Made by a program: the position numbers and the translations under genes. Below the pieces are notes generated by a model. That model made no database searches. It was given only the letters and a program-made list of their open reading frames with translations, and was not told the origin of the DNA. A DNA stretch of 64,000 nucleotides from the NCBI GenBank assembly GCA_037447605.1, contig CM074822.1, positions 85,492 to 149,491 of the forward strand, read 5' to 3'. How positions within the stretch are numbered: the first letter of the stretch is position 1; each line of letters opens with the position of its first letter. Below, one piece after another: positions 1 through 9,327 of this stretch. The stretch comes from Zygnema circumcarinatum SAG 698-1b. Its lineage: Eukaryota > Plantae > Zygnematophyceae.

Positions 1-2027
1 GCACGGGCATGAGCGGCAACGACCAGCAGAGGGCAAAACCACCTCTTCGTGGGCGGCAAGCTCGGCGAGGCCCGTAGCAAAGGCCATGCGCGCCTTGTTA
101 TATTGCTCGAGCAGCTGCACCACAGAGCGGCTGGACTCCGCATCACGTCGCCCGCCCGGCTGCGGCGGCGAGGGCGAGGGCGACGGAAGCGGCGAAGTGG
201 GCGCCAGCCTGGCCACCTGTGCGCCTCCTCGCGCCTCTCCCTCTCCCTCCTCCTCTCCCTCCCCCTCTCCCTCTTCCTCCTCTCCCTCTCCCCCTCCCTG
301 CACCTATCCACCTTTCTCCCTCTCCCTCACCCTCTCTCCCGCGGGGTGAGAGGGTCTCCGCCTGGAGTTCCTCGCTCCCTCAGGCGGGGGGGGGGCGGTT
401 CTATCCCGCTCCCCGCGGACGGACAGTTTTGCGGTCCAGCAACTCGGAACTGCCGGCGTTCCATGCAGTCGCGTCTTCCAATCAGCGCTCGCCACGTGGA
501 CAATTCACCCTCCGCTTTCTACCTTTTTGGAGAACCTAACGCCTAACGCCGACCTTTGTCCGTACACATTCCGAACATGTACGGTTGAGAGCCAGCGTGG
601 CAGCCATACCGTGAGTGGCGTCGAGAGGATCTTTCGCACCACGTGGTGGCGCATAATTGGATCAATTTTCATTTGTCGGTCACAAAGTTCTGCCGTGCTC
701 AAATAATTGGTGAGTATTTTTAGGAAAATGATACAGGCACCCCACTTTTTGGATATCCGCGCCCCCTTTCGGGAAAAAACTGTACTTTCATTTTGGCTAA
801 TCACGCCCCCCCTTGGATCTTTCGGTAGGAGAGATCGTGTAGACAATCGGACCCCGTGCCTCGCGCGCAGGATCCGACTGTGCACCGACGTACGGCGCCG
901 CGCATCGCGGCGTGGCCCGCGAGATGCGGCGAGCCTACGGAAACGTTGTCCTCACCTGACCCTTTTGGGTCGAGGTTGCTACGTGGCAGTCTACCATTGG
1001 TCCCTGGGGAACTGGCAGCTGGGCTGTCCAATGGTAGACTGCCACGTTGCAACCTCTGACCCAAAAGGGTCCGGTGAGGACAACTTTTCCTAGGCTCGAC
1101 GCATCTCGCGGGCCGCGCCGCGATGCGCGGCGCCGTACGTCGGTGCACAGTCGGATCCTGCGCGCGAGGCACGGGGTCCGATTGTCTACACGATCTCTCC
1201 TACCGAAAGATCCAAGGGGGGGCGTGATTAGCCAAAATGAAAGTACAGTTTTTTCCCGAAAGGGGGCGCGGATATCCAAAAAGTGGGGTGCCTGTATCAT
1301 TTTCCTAAAAATACTCACCAATTATTTGAGCACGGCAGAACTTTGTGACCGACAAATGAAAATTGATCCAATTATGCGCCACCACGTGGTGCGAAAGATC
1401 CTCTCGACGCCACTCACGGTATGGCTGCCACGCTGGCTCTCAACCGTACATGTTCGGAATGTGTACGGACAAAGGTCGGCGTTAGGCGTTAGGTTCTCCA
1501 AAAAGGTAGAAAGCGGAGGGTGAATTGTCCACGTGGCGAGCGCTGATTGGAAGACGCGACTGCATGGAACGCCGGCAGTTCCGAGTTGCTGGACCGCAAA
1601 ACTGTCCGTCCGCGGGGAGCGGGATAGAACCGCCCCCCCCCCGCCTGAGGGAGCGAGGAACTCCAGGCGGAGACCCTCTCACCCCGCGGGAGAGAGGGTG
1701 AGGGAGAGGGAGAAAGGTGGATAGGTGCAGGGAGGGGGAGAGGGAGAGGAGGAAGAGGGAGAGGGGGAGGGAGAGGAGGAGGGAGAGGGAGAGGCGCGAG
1801 GAGGCGCACAGGTGGCCAGGCTGGCGCCCACTTCGCCGCTTCCGTCGCCCTCGCCCTCGCCGCCGCAGCCGGGCGGGCGACGTGATGCGGAGTCCAGCCG
1901 CTCTGTGGTGCAGCTGCTCGAGCAATATAACAAGGCGCGCATGGCCTTTGCTACGGGCCTCGCCGAGCTTGCCGCCCACGAAGAGGTGGTTTTGCCCTCT
2001 GCTGGTCGTTGCCGCTCATGCCCGTGC
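1..2027. repeat. Large inverted repeat (palindrome), axis at about 1014; left arm runs off the window start
   Basis: Position x pairs with 2028-x; for example 1-30 is the reverse complement of 1998-2027. Mirror ORFs give identical translations (49..546+ and 1482..1979-; 219..539+ and 1489..1809-; 304..495- and 1533..1724+). The unpaired spacer is 1001-1027 (27 nt). About 7 arm differences lie within ~90 bp of the spacer. Confidence 0.97.
41..144 (-). other. Mirror copy of exon 1 of the SPAG6-like gene, part of the palindrome; the gene copy is cut by the window edge
   Basis: Exact reverse complement of 1884-1987 (DAESSRSVVQLLEQYNKARMAFATGLAELAAHEE), followed by the mirrored start of intron 1. 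Confidence 0.9.
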
Positions 2028-5000
2028 ATTGAACAAGTTCTGTGAGAGTTCTGCCGGTCTTGTGGAGGCAGTATTCCCAATTTCATGGATTTCACTGTTG
2101 ATGGTTCGCCCTTCCTACTTTGCACGACGGTGTTTTTTTTCCCTTTTTTGTCTTTCGTTAGGTTCCAACTCGCTAGCTTTTTTCGTTGGACCGTCAAGTT
2201 CGAAAGCTATCGTTAGGCAACTTCTCCACAAGAGCCCTGACCAGATTGCTGCTTCCGTTTCCTTGTTTTGTTCCCCTAGGCCCCTTTAACACTTTTTGAC
2301 CAGTGCGTCTAGCCAGAAGGATGCATTTAGTGTGTATCTGAAAGAGAGCATCTGATGAATGGTATGTTGTCTGTTTTTTGCATGTTACAGAATCTGGAAT
2401 GTCTGCATTCCCTTGGAGCAATGATGCTGCTACAGCCGCTGCTTCAGGACAGCCTTCCATCAGTGCAGAATGCGGCCATTCTTGCAGTTGGTAGACTGGC
2501 TAATGCCAGCGAGGAGTGGGCCCGCGACCTTGTGCAGCGAGGCCTTCTTACACATCTCATTTTGACACTCAGGTGTGCACCCGCTTGAACGCTCAATTTA
2601 CAAATTCTCATGTATTCGGTCTTTGTGTCGGATAGCGTCACACGATAAAGAGTCATAAGTTAGTTATCGTTGACAAAACTCAAACGAAATTGGTTGACTC
2701 TGATTTAGGTCAGAAGTTAGCTGCTTACTTTTCTCGCCATTGATAACAAAGGTTTGTCTGCTGACTTGACCACTTGGCTGATTAGGGCATCTTTCCGACC
2801 TGTGCTGAGTTTCAGGTGGTGCTGTGAATTTGCAGCGCTCATCGGCAGCAGCGGAAGTCTGCGACCTTTGTGCTGAAGGGAGTGGCACGGCATCAGAGTT
2901 TGGTGCAGAATTTACTTGAAGCTGGCGCCATTCCGGCCCTTACAGACTGCTTGACTGATCCTCATGGGACAGTGAAAGAGACTTCCACGAGCGCTTTAGG
3001 GCACATGGTGCGTTGCCGCGAAGATATCGCACAGAGGGTGGTCGATACTGGTGGCCTTCGCCTCATGGCACTCAACATGCAGGTATTGCTGCTGCTGCCA
3101 AGCATCTCTCAACTCATACGGGCTCCTTCATGGAGGTGCTCTCTGTCGTTATGAGGCAGAAGAGCAAAGTTGGACTTCGACCTGTTTGTTGACATGTATG
3201 CATAATGCATGAGAGTGCCTCTTGAAGTATGGGAGAGTGGCGAGGTTCATATGCTGACGGGATGAGTATGGGGCAGGATTCTGAAGTCGCAGTGCAGCGG
3301 ATGTCATTATCCGTTGTTGGAGACATTGCAAAGCATAACGCCATGTTGGCCAACGAAGCTATGCAGGCGGGCGCACTGAGTGGAGGCATTGCGCTGCTTT
3401 CATCACCTGATGAGAGGGTGAAGCGTCAGGTTTGTTTAAATCTCATGCTCAGCCACTGGGATCTTCAGACGAGGGAAGCTCAGGAGGTCCAATTGATGGA
3501 CACTCTTTCCCCCTTTGTTTTCCGCAATTGCTGTTGTAGACTGCTTTAAATGTGAGAAATTAATTGAACAGCAAAACGTGTTCTGGTGTTTTCAATCTCT
3601 GGTTAAGTTCTTAAAGCCATTTACAGATTCGGAACCACTTCTGAGATGGGGTTTGAGGTTGGGGATGTTGAATTCGACAGGCCTGTATGTGTGTTGCTCA
3701 GATAGTGAAGCATGACGAGATTCTGGCACAGGTGCGCATCAGCTTCATGACTGCTAGACTGCTGCGCTCCATCCGGTATTCCCTCCTTGTTGTTTCACAC
3801 TCTTCTGTCACAATTCCATACCCATGGACGGGTCAGTTGCACATGGTTTGCTTATAACGAAATCTATCAAGTTATTATATTAAATACATCCTGTGCCGAA
3901 GAATTGTGGTGCTGTTGCAAGGGGTGACAAGTGGCCGAATGGTCTGGCAGGCAGCAGTCGACACAGAAGGTTTTCCAGCAGTGTTGGCCTGTCTGTCAGA
4001 CAAGGAGGAGAGCCTTCGTAGGAGTGCAGCCGCATTGGTCCGTGACATAGTACGGCAATCTCCTGCATTGGCGGAGCAGCTGAACTCCTGCGGGGCTGTT
4101 GGGCCCCTCATTTCCTATGTCATCCACTCTGATGGCCACCAGATGCTGCCAGGTGAGAGAGGACACTCATGGCCCAAACCCCTCCTTGTTTGCGAGCCTA
4201 CAAGGGCACCTGCTCTTAGGAAGATCACAGGAGCAGCTACAAGGGAAACAAGATATGCAAGATGATGAACAAGATATATAGATAACAAGATATATTGATG
4301 TACAAGGGTACATCCATGATGCGGATGGCCCAGAGGGCGTTCGTTTTCCCGCTCTCTCCAATCTGATTCCCTTGTGCTACTCGCGGGTGAAGTGAGTTGA
4401 GTTGAAGCAAGCATAGGCATGGGCACGAGGTGTGGTGGGCAGGCATCACTGCTCTCGGCTGCATGGCATGCTGCTCTGAGCAGGCGGCTCTGGCCATCAT
4501 CACCTCTACGGGAGTGCTGCAGCTGGCGAGTGCGCTGCGTGACTCGGCAGATGATGGTGTGAAGAGTGCGGCTGCGTGGGCCCTCGGCCACATCGGAGCT
4601 CACAGGTGCGCTCAAAGGACGAACCTGCTTCAAGATCGTTTTTTATCCTGGCATTATTAATAAACCAAAATAATCAACCATTACGTGATCAGATTCTAGG
4701 TTAGCAGCAAAACGCTGTTTCGGGGAGCCTCGCTGCATGTGACAGCACGCTCCGTTTTGTCCTCAGTCTTGCCCAGCACTGAATGCTTGAGCAGGCCTGC
4801 CCCATCTAGGGTTGGAGGGTCTAGCCTCTCCATTTGCTCAACTGAACTGGGTTAGCTTGTTGGGCTTTGTGAATGAGGTCAGCGCGGGACACGCAAGGGG
4901 AGTTGCAAAGGATGGCGGTCTGACGGCCCTCATGGGAGCCATGGAGGCGGGGGGCAGCAGCGAGGGCCTCCGCCAAAAATGTCGCAAGTCTCTTCTTGGA

Positions 5001-5602
5001 GTGGTTGGTCGCCTCATGCATGTGGTGCCCTTGGCAGCTCTTCTTCAGGTGGGCATGGTGGACAGAACCCCCCTTGTGCATGCTGAGGAACAAGGGGCAT
5101 GCTTGATATAGCCCTTACTGTTGATCCTCTTGTAGTGAAGGTGAGACCTGTTTGCTGATTCGGCCGTTGTTGTGTTTGGCAGAGGGAGAACTTGCCTCTC
5201 CAGATTTTGGAGAAGGTGCTGCAGCAGACTGCTTTTGTTATCAGCAGAGATCCGGCCACTGCCGCCGCGTTTGAGATGTTGGGAGGATTTCTGCGGATAG
5301 AACATCTGCGGGAGCAGTTGACGGATGTGCGGCAGAATGCGTGCAATGGACAGCTGCATGAGATGGAGATGTTTTGGGCGAGCATCAGTGACCATTTCGA
5401 CACCATCATGAGCTGCCGATCCGGCGCTGAAAAATGGTCAGAGGATAATCACAGTCGCCATGTCCGAACCCAGTCACTTCCGTCACTAGAGAAAGCCCTG
5501 TCCCTGTCCCTGCCCCTGCCGCTGCCCCCTGGGCATCATGCTCCTTCAAGCTTGCCACCCAAGGAGAAGCTGGAATTCAGCCACAGTGTGCGCATGCCGT
5601 AG
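1884..5602 (+). CDS. SPAG6: Diverged SPAG6/PF16-like armadillo-repeat protein (about 9 exons; start codon unresolved, first in-frame ATG at 1941)
   Basis: Spliced exons follow the SPAG6/PF16 order: VVQLLEQYNKARMAF..LAELA | NLECLHSLGAMMLLQPLLQDSLPSVQNAAILAVGRLAN | AHRQQRKSATFVLKGVARH..DCLTDPHGTVKE | SLSVVGDIAKHN..SPDERVKRQ | ACMCVAQIVKHDEILAQ | FPAVLACLSDKEE..VRDIVRQSPALA | ..DDGVKSAAAWALGHIGAH | SAGHARGVA..SSEGLRQKCRKSL | LPLQILEKVLQQ. Junctions are GT-AG (e.g. 1987/2391, 2571/2836). Confidence 0.85.
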
Positions 5603-5803
5603 CTTTCATTGGACACATCCCGATCATTACTCTGTTCATGTCCATTCTTAGCGTTGTATTTATATGTAAATTTCTTGGGGAGATGGACATAAGCCGCCTT
5701 CCCCGCCCCTCCCATCCCTTCCCCCGAAAGGCTGGCACGTCACGTTGCGTCACGACATGTCACACTGTGTCACGTCACGCCCCTCTCGCCCCTTCATTTT
5801 GAA

Positions 5804-5864
5804 TAAAATCTGACAAGCAAAAAAAAGCGTATTTAGCCAAAAAAGGTGTGTAAATAGCATTTCC
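5804..5864. mobile_element. Degenerate single-arm remnant of the MITE family at 58697-58965
   Basis: TAAAATCTG..AAAAAA..GTATTTAG.CAAAAAAGGTGTG..TAGCA is collinear with the MITE right arm TAAAATCTG..AAAAAA..GTGTCTAG.CAAAAAAGGTGTG..TAGCA. Confidence 0.6.
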
Positions 5865-6000
5865 ATATTTATAAACTAGAATTTTATTTTTGCGCTTGCG
5901 ACCATCCCTAGTCGCCATACAGCTCCAGATCTGTGCGAAATCAATACGGTAGGACGGCCCCGATTGTCGAGTCTACTCTCTCTTGCGACGAGACATGTGT

Positions 6001-6040
6001 TGGCATCGATCTCACGATGGCGATGCCCTCGAATGTGAAT
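6001..6040 (+). repeat. Dispersed 40-bp motif, copy A (others at 30371-30410 and 60724-60763)
   Basis: TGGCATCGATCTCACGATGGCGATGCCCTCGAATGTGAAT; 34/40 identical to copy B. Confidence 0.85.
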
Positions 6041-6484
6041 GAACTTCTTGCTATCAAATGCAGTTTGCTTGGAAGAGGCAAATGGTCGCCCCTGCATTTC
6101 AGCACACCCCTGTCACACAATTGTTGAGCGCCTTCATGAGAAGATTCGTATTCCATGATAACAACTTTTTCCAACGGGGCTATTTCACAGACGACAGACA
6201 GACGGACAGACAATGGACAACGATCCAAAACAACGAAACCTCGGCAGCGCTGCCTGCTCTATTCATAGCAGTCCTTTCTGCCCATCTCAGATCCAAGCAA
6301 TCCTGTTGATAGGACCGCATGTCCCGCCTCTCCTCCTGCAATTCAGCCAGTGCGCCCCACTACGCGGTGTTGAGGTAAACACATACACTAACCGTTCAGC
6401 CTGCGGGTTCAAAAGTGCGGACTCTTGATTGCCCCTATACAAAGCAAATACCAGAAGCACAACTTGGGCGTTTCGGCGCTTCAC

Positions 6485-9327
6485 TCATGAGAACTTTGAT
6501 CTCCTGATTGACTGCTCTTTTGGAGGGCTTCCTTCATCCCGCTGTCGATGCCTATCCTTATCGAGTTCTCGTTCCCGGTGGCGATCACGCCCGTGAGAAT
6601 AGGCCCGCATAGGAGCACCCTGTCCTCTGCTGCTTTGCCGCCAACTGTCCAACGGCTCCTTCCCCGCCTTTCGTAGCCCCACTTCACCTCGAACAGGTGG
6701 ACTTGAAGGCCCTTCACCCTCTGGAAGCTCTCCTTCCTCTACTGCCTCGTCCCCTCCTCGTCGTGAGACCTCCGGACTTCTCTGCTTGGGCAAAACATGC
6801 GGCGGATTTCCTTCCGTATCAGAACGATTACCCTCGTCACGCCACCGCATGTCTCTCCCTTCTTGGCTGTCTGCCTCTCCTTGAATTCCCCCTCGCGCTG
6901 CTTGAAAATCGTCTACCTTTATACCCTCTGTTTCTTCACCACTCCGCGGGCGACTGCTAGCAGTCCTGCGACCCACTCCATTAATGTTCTCATCCACACT
7001 TCCAGTCTCGCACTCTGGGAGGGTGGTAAGCGCTGAGGGCTCTCCAAGGGGCATAGGCAACAAGCCCTGCACTCCTTTCCTTACCTTAGACTTTGTACCC
7101 CTTTCTTTGACAGGGCCCCCCAGTTCAACTTCATCCAATAGCTCCCACGCGCGTTGCTGCTCCTCGTCGGCCTCATCTTCGTCCTGTTCGCTTTCACCCT
7201 TTACCAGCTCACTCCTTTGTTCACTTGGTCCAGTCTCAATTACCCTCGTTCCTACCACCTTACGTCTTTCAAACTCCTTACGCCAACCCCTCTCATCCTC
7301 CAAGGTGGATTCCTCCCGTTTCCGCTTTCCCCCTTCACCCGTTTTTGAAGGTGAAACACTATGCAATCCACCCCCACTTTGGTCCGCTTCCCCATTTCTG
7401 CCTCCCGATTCAGGTGGGGAAACGGATTGCAGCGCTTGGGGTGCCCGTTCAACCCCTCCCCCTTCACTGTCCAAACTCATCGCATCATCCTCATCCAGTG
7501 AAACCCCATTTGCCTCATCAGTTGTGCGATTCTCTTTTATCGGCTGTGCATCCGACCTCTGCCAAGACGAACTTTCAGACAATGAAGGACCGTAACCTTG
7601 CTCTCCTGTGGAAGGGGTCGGCCGTCCGAACGCACGTGGGGTGGCAAGTGGACCGTTGACGGAAACAGAGTCAGGCTTTGGCCGGGAAGAGTGAGCAGTG
7701 TGGCCATTGCTCTGCTGCAGAAGGGGAGCAGAGGATGCACGAGGGGGTCCTTTTGAAGGAGGAGCAGCAGCATTGCTGCTTGGAATGCTTCCACGAGAAG
7801 CACCTTTTGACTGCTCATAGAGCTCAAGCATCTGGCTGCTTACCTCTGCAGACGCAACTCGGGGAGAACATTCAGCAGAGGCTATTGTTTTGTCAAACTC
7901 TGTCCTGGACAGGGAAGAGATATGCTTGCCCAGTTTGCGATCCTCACCTTTGAGCTGACTTTCTGTCACGTCAAACCCATGGAAGCCTTTCTGATCCGTC
8001 GAAGGCGGCAACTTGATGCGCAAGAATTTAGCGGCCAAAAAGATAGCTCCTGCAGCAATTTGATGCGGCCGGAACTGTAGGCACAGTGATGTGCGCAATC
8101 TGTATGCCCGTCCCCATGGGCAGTCATAAGAACCCTTCCAGCAGGGTATTTAGGGCTTTTAGGGTTTTTAAGGTTTTTTGGGTTTTTAGGGTTGCGAAAT
8201 GTGGACAGCCGTGGTTACTGCAAAAAGGGTCGGAAATGTTCCTACCCGTCATTCACAAAGTTCCACGCCACCTGTGCCAGTGCTTGCTGCGCAGCCCCTA
8301 TCCTGCGCACCGCGGCGACCAGAGGACGGTACGGATGCAGCACATTCAAATCGAAGCCGAGGGTGGTAAGCAGCAGCCGCTCGCCCACCAAGACCAGCTC
8401 GCGCTGCTCCTCGTAGTGCTCCTGCCAACCCTGCCCTCCTACTCCCCTCAATGTGGCTGCGCTGCTAATGAGTAGAAACAATTGCATCAGCAGAATAATT
8501 TTTTCTATCTGAAGCCGTTTAGGTTAGAAAAGGTTTAAACAAATGCCCCTCAAGTGTGACCGGGGTAAGCAGCCAGAGCTTAAAGGGCAGAGAGAAGAGG
8601 CACCTTTTGACGAATGCGGGCCAGGGCTTCAGGGTCCTTTTTGGTCTGGACCTCATGTGCGGTTGTAATCACGTCCTTGAGAGGCCGGGGAGTCTCTTCC
8701 ACCTTCCCGGCGAGGAACATACACACAGTCGCAATCGTCTGCACACACATGAGCTAGCCCTTCGGTCCACTGCGTCTGTCGCAGACGCAAACACGCACAG
8801 CTGAATTTCATGACGCGCCAAAAATTCATTCATTGAGGCTGTGAGCTGCACCAAAAGTGCTTGAACAGAGCTAGCAGAAAGCGGTGGCATGGAGAAGGCG
8901 GAGCCCTCACAAAGCGGTCATTCCGAAGGTGCGACTGGCGCAGGAAGAAGCGATGACAGAACACAATGGCCGTGGCGATTGTGATCTGCGGCCTGCAGCC
9001 AACCGAGCGCCGCTGCCACTGCTTGGGTCCATCCCTCCAAACCCTAATCCTGACAGGCTGCCCAGCTGCTGCGCGCTGAGAGCGAGGAGGCCACTCCCCC
9101 CCCGGCACTCACACTTTGAGGCGCATGCCGAGGTCCTGCAGGAAGGTGCAGTAGGAGCGCCGCAGATACGTCTCGCGCTTGGCGTCCATGCCGTCCGCGC
9201 GCGAGGGCGACCGCCTCTCGAGCTCCTCGCGCGCAAAGTACCACTGCTGGGCGCAGTCCTCCTCGTCCTCCCTCTCCAGCGCGCCCACAACCTCCGCCGC
9301 CAGCGGGTCCGCCGCCATGGCCGCCAT
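6485..9327 (-). CDS. CYCT1: Cyclin T (P-TEFb regulatory subunit) with a long low-complexity C-terminus
   Basis: [39 protein letters not shown] | [23 protein letters not shown] | [24 protein letters not shown] | [37 protein letters not shown] | [26 protein letters not shown]. All junctions are in phase and GT-AG. Confidence 0.96.
8143..8193 (+). repeat. Degenerate telomere-like 9-mer array (consensus TTTTTAGGG, about 5 units) in a cyclin T intron
   Basis: gtatttagg gcttttagg gtttttaag gttttttgg gtttttagg gtt. Confidence 0.7.

Noticed and set aside
49-1979. Paired ORFs inside the palindrome (165, 158, 128, 126, 123 aa)
   Set aside because: Apart from the SPAG6 exon they are GC-rich or low-complexity with no transposase, Rep or protelomerase motifs. 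Their identity simply reflects the DNA symmetry.
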